Shown here piece after piece: positions 39,400-47,874 of a stretch of DNA of 64,000 bases. The notes below the pieces were generated by a model that did not search any database, was not told the origin of the DNA, and worked only from the letters and a program-made list of their open reading frames with translations. Each line of letters begins with the position of its first letter. Position 1 is the stretch's first letter. The position numbers were made by a program, and so were the translations under genes. Source of the stretch: an uncultured Bacteroidales bacterium (GTDB lineage: Bacteria > Bacteroidota > Bacteroidia > Bacteroidales > VadinHA17); contig CAWFFK010000012.1 in the NCBI GenBank assembly GCA_963815075.1, positions 41,475 through 105,474 of the forward strand, given 5' to 3'.

Positions 39400-40762
39400 A
39401 TATACCGAATTTTCGCATTTTATTGTAAAGAGTCTGCCTGGTAATTCCGAGCTTTTCCGAAACAGCACTCAGGTTGTTACTGCATCGTCTCAGATTGTCA
39501 ATTATCAGTTTCTTCTCCATCTCCTCAAGTGTCATCTCTCCCTGAAGAACATTCCTTGAAGCAGGGCTGAAAACAAAATCAGAAGGTTTCAGTACCTGTG
39601 AGTCACTCATGATCACGGCCTTTTCGATTGCATGCTGAAGTTCTCTCACATTACCCGGCCAGTCATGGTTGGCAAGTTTCTCAAGAGCGTGTGTGCTCAT
39701 CTTCAATCCATTCTTACCATACCTTTCACTGTGTACCCTGAGAAAATAATTCGCAAGTATTGCAATATCATCAACCCTGTCGCGCAAAGGTGGCACCTCA
39801 ATCAAAATTGTATTTATCCTGTAAAGCAGATCCTCCCGGAACCTGCCTTCATTTACCATCTGCATAAGATCGCAGTTTGTGGCACAGACAAGTCTGATAT
39901 CAATTGGTGTCTGCCTGTTTGAACCAACCCTCACAACATACCTGTTCTGGAGAACGCTAAGTAACTTAGACTGCGACTGAAGTGAAAGATTACCAATCTC
40001 GTCCAGAAAAAGAGTCCCTTTGTGAGCCTGTTCAAATTTTCCTATACGTTCATCCTTTGCATCGGTAAATGCCCCCCTGACATGACCAAAAAGCTCGCTT
40101 TCAAAGAGCGTCTCTGTTATGGAACCCATATCCACGCTTACCATAAGTTCCCCTGCCCTCTTTGAAAGATTATGTATCTCCCTGGCAACCAACTCCTTTC
40201 CAGTACCATTCTCACCGGTTATCAGTACGTTGGCATCCGTTCCGGCCACCTTTCTTACAATGTTCATTACATTGATCATTGTTGGAGATGCCCCCAGTAC
40301 TATTTTTTCGCCGCCTTTGTTAATCTCTTTCTTCAAAAGAATGTTGTCCTTTTTCAAAGTGGATGCTTCCAATCTTGACACTCTTAATTTCCATGCCGCA
40401 TTTATTGTTGCAAGAAGCTTTTTGTTATCCCAGGGTTTAAGAATAAAATCCACAGCTCCCTCCTTAATAGCCCTGACGGCCAGTTCAACATCTCCATAGG
40501 CAGTAACTATAACAATACTTATATTGCTATCGAATTTGGAAATCTCACGCATCCAGAAAAGCCCTTCATTCCCATTATGAATTCCTGCTTTAAAGTTCAT
40601 ATCGAGCATTACAATATCGACATCATTTTTTCTTAAAATCTCATTGATCCGGTTTGGATCAGTCAGTGTGATGACCTTTTCAAACTCATTTTGCATTATA
40701 AGTTCAAGAGCATTTAAAAGTCCTTTATTGTCATCAACTATAAGTAATGTACCTTTTGTCAT
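39398..40762 (-). CDS. Sigma-54-dependent response regulator (receiver + AAA+ + Fis-type HTH; NtrC/AtoC family)
   Basis: Receiver LIVDDN...DIVMLDMNF, GENGTGKELVAREIH, GAFTDA, and C-terminal LSAVSEKLGITRQTLYNKMRKFGI. Confidence 0.9.
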   Translation of the reverse strand: MTKGTLLIVDDNKGLLNALELIMQNEFEKVITLTDPNRINEILRKNDVDIVMLDMNFKAGIHNGNEGLFWMREISKFDSNISIVIVTAYGDVELAVRAIKEGAVDFILKPWDNKKLLATINAAWKLRVSRLEASTLKKDNILLKKEINKGGEKIVLGASPTMINVMNIVRKVAGTDANVLITGENGTGKELVAREIHNLSKRAGELMVSVDMGSITETLFESELFGHVRGAFTDAKDERIGKFEQAHKGTLFLDEIGNLSLQSQSKLLSVLQNRYVVRVGSNRQTPIDIRLVCATNCDLMQMVNEGRFREDLLYRINTILIEVPPLRDRVDDIAILANYFLRVHSERYGKNGLKMSTHALEKLANHDWPGNVRELQHAIEKAVIMSDSQVLKPSDFVFSPASRNVLQGEMTLEEMEKKLIIDNLRRCSNNLSAVSEKLGITRQTLYNKMRKFGI

Positions 40763-40894
40763 TTTGCCTTTTTTATCAAAAGACTGAATTAAAAAGAAAA
40801 TGTGTCAAAAAAATAGACAATTTTTTTGACACTGTCAGTGTTTTTAAGAAATTATTAAACAGAAAGTCAGATCAACAAGTCAAAACAGAAGATA

Positions 40895-41498
40895 TCATTT
40901 TGTTAATTGCCGGTCTTCCAGAAGATTATCAGGAATTTTATCTATAGAACAGATTTTTATATCCCGGAAAAATATTTCAGCACCCTCCGATTCAAACTGA
41001 ATTTTCCCTTTGGTCAAAGGAATTTCTTTGTCACCTTCCAGTTGACGGGAATTTTGAAGTACCATATTAACAACCCCAAAAGCCGCCGTCTGCACCCTGG
41101 GGACCTACAGCATAATACATTAACCCACTGTCCTTTTTCCCTTTTTTATTAGGGGGCCATTGCAATTGTCCCCATTTGAATTGCAACTGCAGGTGAAAAT
41201 TTTCAAATTCCCTTGTAGTCGAAATTCCACCATATTCCTCACCTGATATCCTCAGAACATTTTCACCGCCCACTTCAGCTACATCAAAGACCTTCAGGGG
41301 ATCAGTATTTAAACCTACAGGAATCGTATCCCATTTATTCAGAACCGTATCATATCTGGGTCCCAGGTATGTATCCCATCCGGTTAAGTCTTTTCCATTA
41401 AAAAGGAACTGCCACTTGTTGTTATCTGATGAGCGGTTAATGCAACTACCTGAAAAAAGCAGTAACAAAACTAATTTTGACAGATTTTTATAATTCAT
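40895..41498 (-). pseudogene. DUF1080 (3-keto-disaccharide hydrolase-like) gene split by a frame break
   Basis: N-part WQFLFNGKDLTGWDTY...GADGGFWGC* (41067-41498). C-part ...LTKGKIQFESEGAEIFFRDIKI (40895-41095) is in another frame. The two overlap at the run TTTTGGGG (plus strand CCCCAAAA, 41074-41081). Confidence 0.65.
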
Positions 41499-41731
41499 AG
41501 CTTTAAGGTTATTGTTAATATCTTTTCTTACATGGGCAATAGCTAATATAGGCTAATTTTTAGTCTTGTCAAAACTTTGAAAGCTGCACTTTCAGATAAA
41601 ATTGACCTGTATATAACCACATAAATTATAGTAAAAAAGAATTAACAACTTTTTTTTAAAATTTTGCAACATTTGGATTTCTATTACGTCTTTATATCAA
41701 AAGTTCTAGTGGTGAACAAAAAAACAAAGCC

Positions 41732-42043
41732 ATGACCGTAAAATTAAACGCAAACGAGGTTGTCCTTAAGGCCGGTGATACTAACCAGGTAATTGACAAC
41801 AATACTATTGAAGGGAAGCTGATAGTAACAAATCAGAGAATTTATTTCAAAACTATTAATGAGGAAACTGCAAAATTCAATCTCGAAATATTGTTTGATA
41901 ATATTCTTGAAGTGATCTATTACAGCAAAGGAGTGTTATTTGGTGTCAAAGGGCTGAATGTTGTAACCAGGGATGGCAAATCACATACTTTTCCGCTGAA
42001 GAAAAGAGATGAGATGGGGCAATTAATAAATAAAATGTACTAG
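41732..42043 (+). CDS. Small PH/GRAM-like domain protein
   Basis: 103 aa. EGKLIVTNQRIYFKT is typical of GRAM/bacterial PH-like folds. Followed by a terminator. Confidence 0.5.
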   Translation: MTVKLNANEVVLKAGDTNQVIDNNTIEGKLIVTNQRIYFKTINEETAKFNLEILFDNILEVIYYSKGVLFGVKGLNVVTRDGKSHTFPLKKRDEMGQLINKMY

Positions 42044-42079
42044 CACGTTATTATTCAATATATATTCCAAGCTCATAAT

Positions 42080-42120
42080 AATAAGAATATCTGCCGGACA
42101 GGCGGATATTCTTATTTTAT
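42080..42120 (+). terminator. Intrinsic terminator
   Basis: AATAAGAATATCTGCC (42080-42095), GGACA loop, GGCGGATATTCTTATT (42101-42116), then TTTAT. 16-bp stem with one G-U pair. Confidence 0.75.
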
Positions 42121-43011
42121 GTGGCCCAGTCTCCCCAAGTGCTTTTTACCCCCTATCCCTTATTCGTCCTGAAGAATCCTGCTTATCGATACAACCCCCT
42201 CGCCCTTCGGGGGGCTAATGCTTTTGGTTCTCTCCTGGGAGGGGCCAGGGGTGGGTTTAGGTTCTTTTACTTGCCCACGGTTTCTTTGTTCATTTGGCTT
42301 CGCCCAAAGAATATGTTACTTTCTTTGTCTTGAAACAAAGAAAGTAACCAAAGAAAATTCAAGGCTGCAGATAATTTTGGGGCTTCCGTTTTTCAGCTTG
42401 CCCACGCAATACAACTCGCTCATTTCATTCGCTCAAACAGTATTGCTTACTAAAGGCCCTCCGCAGCAAGCCTCAAAACATTCGCTTTATCCCAAAATTC
42501 TCTGAGGCCGGTCAAAATCATTTGTATAATAATACCATTTTTTGATTTTTTTGTGAGTTATTAATTCTTTAGGAGCGCTGGCAACCCGGAAATGGTGTGA
42601 AATTTTGGCCAGGCGGTAGCGCGTAGGATTTGTGTAGCGGGAGTACGAATGGCCAAAATTTGTCATTTCCGGACTCCTTTTCTTTGGTTCATTTCTTTTG
42701 GAGGAGCAAAAGAAATGAACCAAAAGCTTATCGCAACCTCAAAAATGTTAATCATTTTCCAAAAAAGATTTGAAGGCGTTGCTCGCCTTACGGCGATTAG
42801 GGTTCTCATCGAACCTAAAGAAGTAACTTTTACTAATTGAATTTGCTCCAAAATTCTCTGAGGCCGGATGAAATCCAGAAAAATATTAATATATCTTGTG
42901 GATTAGCCTCCCCCCTGAAGGGGGAGAAATGCTCTGCAACCGAGTGAAATTACACTTATATACAGAGAATTATTCCCCCTTTAGGGGGGATGTCGCGTAG
43001 CGACAGGGGGG
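42121..43011. repeat. ~0.9-kb non-coding mosaic of short hairpin/direct repeats
   Basis: Hairpins at 42315-42348 (GTTACTTTCTTTGT/ACAAAGAAAGTAAC), 42682-42726 (18-bp stem) and 42601-42661 (AAATTTTGGCCA/TGGCCAAAATTT). C5-N-G5 hairpins at ~42196, ~42908 and ~42975. Exact 20-nt direct repeat CCAAAATTCTCTGAGGCCGG at 42492 and 42848. Confidence 0.8.
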
Positions 43012-45387
43012 TCATTCATACCTCAGTGAATCAGCCGGATTTCTCAAAGCAGCATGCAGAATCTTAAATACAATCGTAAATATGGTGGCTGAGAACATAA
43101 TAAACACCGCTGACAGTAACATTCCGGCTACTATAGTTACAAAATAATCCCATATACTGTCCAGGAGCATCAACGATAAATAATAACCCCCAAGACAACC
43201 CAGAACTGATGATATCGTAAGAACGATGAGGAATTTTTTGCTGACCAGGAACATTATCAGTGGAACAGAGGCCCCCTGAATCTTCCTTATACCAACCTCT
43301 TTTGTTCTTCTGATTATATCGAGGGAGACTAGGTTGTACATTCCAATAAGGGATAACAGCGTAGCTATTACTGCAAGGAACAAATTAACTTTAAGAATGC
43401 TTCCATTTATGTCCTTTTCTTCCTGCATAGTGTCCTCCTGCAGCCTTCCTCCGAAAACTTCATTTATAGCCAGCCTCTTCCAGCTCATCCTTATGAATTC
43501 CAGTATCCCGGCTAAATCTGCCGATTTGCCTCTGACAGCTAAAATGCCATACTGATCTGATGCGGAAATCCTGAGCATTGTGGGTTCAATTTTATTCCAG
43601 AGGCCACTGGTATAAAAATCTTTTACTACCCCTATTACGGTCAGTTTGGTCGTATCATAAAGAGATATTATCTTACCTATGGGATCCTTCCATCCAAAAT
43701 CGTCCACAAGTTTTTGATTTACAATAATTGAACCATTGGCTCTGTCGGCTTCAAGTCTCTCAGCATTAAAAAGGCGTCCTTCAACAAGATGCAATCCCAT
43801 GGTACGGGCATAACCGGGCCCAATATCAAGCACATCAACCTCAAGTGGTTTGTCTTCATCTTTAATTGGTCTCCTGTAAGCTCCAAATCCAATATGTTGT
43901 TGCGTGCCCTCAGCCGATATCACATTGGGATTTGTCAGAACTTCATTACGCAAAGAAGTAAAATTTTCCAGAGGGACAGGAACAACGATCAATTGATCTC
44001 TGTCATATCCAAGATCCAGGGTCTTCTGAAAATTTGCATTTTTTGCAAATACGATGCCCATTACAAGGGCCATAACAGATATAGAAAATTGTAAAGTAAG
44101 CAGGATAATTGACAACCTTCCGGAACCTTTTATGTTTGGATCGCCTTTTAGAACATTAACAGGATTGAAACGGCTTACGTACAACGCCGGGAAAACCCCG
44201 GCAATAAACCCGGTAATTGCAAGCAGCAGAATAATAAAGATCCAGAAGAATGGATACCTGGTAAATGTAAGTTTGATAGTCATATATGCCCACAAATCAC
44301 TGTAAGCCGGTACGAGAAATTCAGCAATAATGATCCCTGTTAAAAGAGCCAGGAAACAAATAATAAATGTCTCCAGCATAAACTGCGAAACAAGTTGTTT
44401 TCTCTGACCACCAAATGTCTTCCTTAAACCAATCTCTTTGAGCCTTTTGCTAAATGTTGCCCTTGAAGTATTTGCAAAATTAAAGCACGCTATCAGGAGG
44501 ATGAAAAGAGCCATAACAGGTGGAGAAACAACAGCTGCAGGATGAAGAGACGGAAAAAGTCCTGAAGCCCAGATATTCCTGCTGGATTTACCAACATCCT
44601 TCAAGGGAACAAGGTTAAACCTGTTGATCTTAAAATCTTCCCTCGCTTTGTTCTGAACCGGAAGGTAACCCTTCATCGATTGTACTATTGACGAAAGTGC
44701 TGACTTATCAGGAACCATAATAAAGAGAGCCGTCGCCCACATCTTCCAGTCAGTATCATTAAACCCGCGTATTAAGGTCAGATTATCGAAATTAGACAGA
44801 ATATCAATACGGAAACTTGAATTGTCAGGCAGATCGGCAAAAACAGCACCTACCGTATATGTAAATTCCTTTCCCCGGTCGTCGAGTAATGAGACGGTTT
44901 TGCCAACAGGGTATTCCGTACCAAAAAGAGTATTGGCAGTTTTTTGACTAATCAATACATTTCCCTGTCCTTCAATTGATTTTTTATCACCATTAATTAT
45001 CGGGAAGGAAAATATATCCAGAAAATCAGGATCAACAAAAGAGATTTCCATTGGAAACAGGTCATCGCCCATCTTTACCGGCAATCCAGCCCTTACAAGC
45101 CTTGCTGATTTCGCTATTCCGGGAATATCTTTTTCTATAGAAAGTCTCAGTGTAGCCGGCACTATCCCATACTCCTGTTCCCGGTTTTCCATATCCCTGA
45201 AACTGGTAACCCGGTAAATTTTGTCGAAATTCTCATTATTCCTGTCAAATTCATAATTGAACATGTGATTGAAAAAAGCGACAATACACACCGCCAGCGC
45301 AATTCCAAGTCCTATTATATTTATTATTGTGAAGATCTTGTTCTTAAAAAGATGTCTGAAAATGACAATAAGGTAATTTTTAAACAT
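43012..45387 (-). CDS. ABC transporter permease, double MacB-PCD/FtsX architecture (paralog 1)
   Basis: 791 aa. Two FtsX signatures (RLKEIGLRKTFGG and RTKEVGIRKIQGA). C-terminus NPADSLRYE. No Walker motifs. Confidence 0.88.
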   Translation of the reverse strand: MFKNYLIVIFRHLFKNKIFTIINIIGLGIALAVCIVAFFNHMFNYEFDRNNENFDKIYRVTSFRDMENREQEYGIVPATLRLSIEKDIPGIAKSARLVRAGLPVKMGDDLFPMEISFVDPDFLDIFSFPIINGDKKSIEGQGNVLISQKTANTLFGTEYPVGKTVSLLDDRGKEFTYTVGAVFADLPDNSSFRIDILSNFDNLTLIRGFNDTDWKMWATALFIMVPDKSALSSIVQSMKGYLPVQNKAREDFKINRFNLVPLKDVGKSSRNIWASGLFPSLHPAAVVSPPVMALFILLIACFNFANTSRATFSKRLKEIGLRKTFGGQRKQLVSQFMLETFIICFLALLTGIIIAEFLVPAYSDLWAYMTIKLTFTRYPFFWIFIILLLAITGFIAGVFPALYVSRFNPVNVLKGDPNIKGSGRLSIILLTLQFSISVMALVMGIVFAKNANFQKTLDLGYDRDQLIVVPVPLENFTSLRNEVLTNPNVISAEGTQQHIGFGAYRRPIKDEDKPLEVDVLDIGPGYARTMGLHLVEGRLFNAERLEADRANGSIIVNQKLVDDFGWKDPIGKIISLYDTTKLTVIGVVKDFYTSGLWNKIEPTMLRISASDQYGILAVRGKSADLAGILEFIRMSWKRLAINEVFGGRLQEDTMQEEKDINGSILKVNLFLAVIATLLSLIGMYNLVSLDIIRRTKEVGIRKIQGASVPLIMFLVSKKFLIVLTISSVLGCLGGYYLSLMLLDSIWDYFVTIVAGMLLSAVFIMFSATIFTIVFKILHAALRNPADSLRYE

Positions 45388-45392
45388 ATTCT

Positions 45393-47813
45393 TTATTCAT
45401 ATTTTAGCGATTGCGCCGGATTGACATGTGCTGCCCTGAGAACACGATAACTGATTGTAATCACTGCAATTCCCATTGCAATCAACAGGCCGGCAAAAAA
45501 ACTGAATATTCCAAGATTTATCCTGTAATAAAAATTTTCCAGCCACTTCGTTGAAACATAATAGATTATTGGCCATGCAATAAGAGCAGAGAGAGAAACC
45601 AGTATTACTATTTCTTTTGATATTTCAATGTAAATACCTGTTACGGAAGAACCCATAGCTTTCCTTACTCCAATCTCTTTCGTTCGTTGTTCAACTGTAA
45701 AGGAGGTAAGTCCGAAGAGTCCGAGAGATGCTATCAGGATTGCCAGTACTGAAAAGATTACTGCCATCTGTGCATTCTGTTTTTCCTGGATATACATCTT
45801 CTCAAAATCCTGATCAAGGAAATAGTACTGCAATGGATTATTCTGTACAAACTCTTTCCATGTTGTTTCTATATCACTTATAGTCTTAGTATAATTGCGG
45901 GCAGCTAACCTGACTGTGATATAACCCCACAACATACCATCATTCTGGAATTTGAATATATAAGGCTGTACAGGATTCCGAAGTGATTCAAAATTAAAAT
46001 TTTTCACCACACCCAGAATTGGCATATAACTCATTTTACCGGAATCACCAGGTTCCATGAATCGTGTTTTTTGCATATCAGTAATTCCAAAATTCTTCAT
46101 GGTGCTTTCGTTGACAAGACATGCATCTTTATCAGTTGAATATGATTCATTGAAGAATCTTCCCGAATCAAGCTTTATACCATAAGTATCGAGAAAATTA
46201 TAATCGCACCAGTTTGTAACCATAAGAAAGCTTTCATCTTTTCTTCCTTCTATTCTGTAACCGTTAGTATTGTTAACGCGACCCGGAACCATAGTTGAAC
46301 TTGTAACGTTTATAACACCCGGAATATTTTTTACTGCATCCTTGAAGGCTTTCATCTTTGGATTCAGTGATCCTGCCCTGTTTATGACAATCAGCTGTTC
46401 TTTATTGAAACCGACATCTTTATTCAGCATATAGTTTATCTGCCTGTACATTACCAGTGTACCAACTATAAGCAGAATAGACACTGCGAACTGAAAAATA
46501 ACCAGTACCCTTCTGAGACGGCCATTCTTCATATTGTTCTTAACACTGCCCTTGAGTACTTCATAGGGGCTGAAGGAGGAGAGAAAAAGAGCCGGATAAC
46601 TTCCCGCCAGAAATCCTACTGCAAGTGTAAAAAGCAAAAGCAGCGGTACAGTAAACCATTTGACAAAAAGCCTCAGTTCAAGGTGTGTGCCAAGGAGATT
46701 ATTAAAATACGGGAGCGTAAGTTTAATTAGTACTAAGGCCAGGATAAGAGAGACAAATGAAAGAATGAACGATTCAGAAAGAAACTGAGTTATCAGTATC
46801 CCTCTGGATGAACCTCCGATCTTCTTTATACCAACCTCTTTGGCCCTTTTTGAGGCCTGAGCTGTAGAAAGATTCATGAAATTTATTGCAGCTATAAGTA
46901 CTATAAGGATGGCTATACTGCCGAATATGATCAGAAATTTCGGATCGCTGGCTGCTTTAAACTCCTGTTGAATCGAATTATCAAGGTGGACATCTTTCAG
47001 GTTCTGAAAATAGAATCTGTATTTATTTCCCTGTTTCTCCATATCTTCCATAGATACTCCCAAATACTGCTGAAGTTCCGGTCCCACATACTTTTTCAGT
47101 AATTCCGGCATCTTGTCATCTATGGTTTTGGAACTGGTATTAGGTTTGAGCAGCAGGTATGTGCTGAAACTATTGCTTAACCATACCGGATTTTTTGAAC
47201 GGGGATTTGTTATAAATGAAGTAAGAATATTAGCCTCAAAATGAGTGTTTTCAGGAATATCAGCCATTACTCCTGATACAACATACCTCACAGTATCGCT
47301 CCCTATTTTAATGGTTTTATCAATAGGATTTTCACTTCCAAAAATTTTTTTTGCCGTAGATTCTGACAAAACAGCTTTATGTGGTGCATTCAATGCATTT
47401 TGGGGATCGCCTTTCAGAACCGGAACAGAGAAGAAATTAAAGAATGACGAATCTGCTTCAATCAGGTGTTCCTCGGTAAATGCCTGATTATTGTATTCAA
47501 TAATGGTGGGACCATGTCCTGACATCCTGAGGAAATCCTCAACTTCGGGGAACTCTCTTAATAATGTAGGCCCCATAACTGCAGGTGAGGTGGCAATAGT
47601 AACCTCCTGTCCACCTACCTTTCCATTCAAGATAGCCCTGAATATCCTGTCTTTCTTAACATTATAATTATCATAACTGGCCTCATTTATTACAAATAAA
47701 GCAATTATAAGGCTGCATGCTATTCCAATCGAAAGACCCAGAATATTTATAACCACATACCCTCGCTGTCTTTTGAAAGATCTTATGCTGTGTTTTATCA
47801 GATTACGGAACAT
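45393..47813 (-). CDS. ABC transporter permease, double FtsX (paralog 2)
   Basis: 806 aa. RAKEVGIKKIGGS and RTKEIGVRKAMGS. Ends NPAQSLKYE. 5 nt upstream of paralog 1. Confidence 0.88.
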   Translation of the reverse strand: MFRNLIKHSIRSFKRQRGYVVINILGLSIGIACSLIIALFVINEASYDNYNVKKDRIFRAILNGKVGGQEVTIATSPAVMGPTLLREFPEVEDFLRMSGHGPTIIEYNNQAFTEEHLIEADSSFFNFFSVPVLKGDPQNALNAPHKAVLSESTAKKIFGSENPIDKTIKIGSDTVRYVVSGVMADIPENTHFEANILTSFITNPRSKNPVWLSNSFSTYLLLKPNTSSKTIDDKMPELLKKYVGPELQQYLGVSMEDMEKQGNKYRFYFQNLKDVHLDNSIQQEFKAASDPKFLIIFGSIAILIVLIAAINFMNLSTAQASKRAKEVGIKKIGGSSRGILITQFLSESFILSFVSLILALVLIKLTLPYFNNLLGTHLELRLFVKWFTVPLLLLFTLAVGFLAGSYPALFLSSFSPYEVLKGSVKNNMKNGRLRRVLVIFQFAVSILLIVGTLVMYRQINYMLNKDVGFNKEQLIVINRAGSLNPKMKAFKDAVKNIPGVINVTSSTMVPGRVNNTNGYRIEGRKDESFLMVTNWCDYNFLDTYGIKLDSGRFFNESYSTDKDACLVNESTMKNFGITDMQKTRFMEPGDSGKMSYMPILGVVKNFNFESLRNPVQPYIFKFQNDGMLWGYITVRLAARNYTKTISDIETTWKEFVQNNPLQYYFLDQDFEKMYIQEKQNAQMAVIFSVLAILIASLGLFGLTSFTVEQRTKEIGVRKAMGSSVTGIYIEISKEIVILVSLSALIAWPIIYYVSTKWLENFYYRINLGIFSFFAGLLIAMGIAVITISYRVLRAAHVNPAQSLKYE

Positions 47814-47874
47814 AGTAATGATGTATAATAAGGTTTTAAACTTTATTTAATTTCAGGTCTGCGATATCTGCCCT

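Noticed and set aside
39359-39559. ORF 39359-39559 (+)
   Set aside because: It starts inside the 32-nt terminator palindrome and runs antisense to the well-supported sigma-54 regulator gene.
42121-42851. ORFs 42121-42333, 42218-42505, 42487-42723, 42649-42840 and 42663-42851
   Set aside because: They overlap one another on both strands inside the hairpin/repeat mosaic. They have low-complexity translations and no start context or domain.
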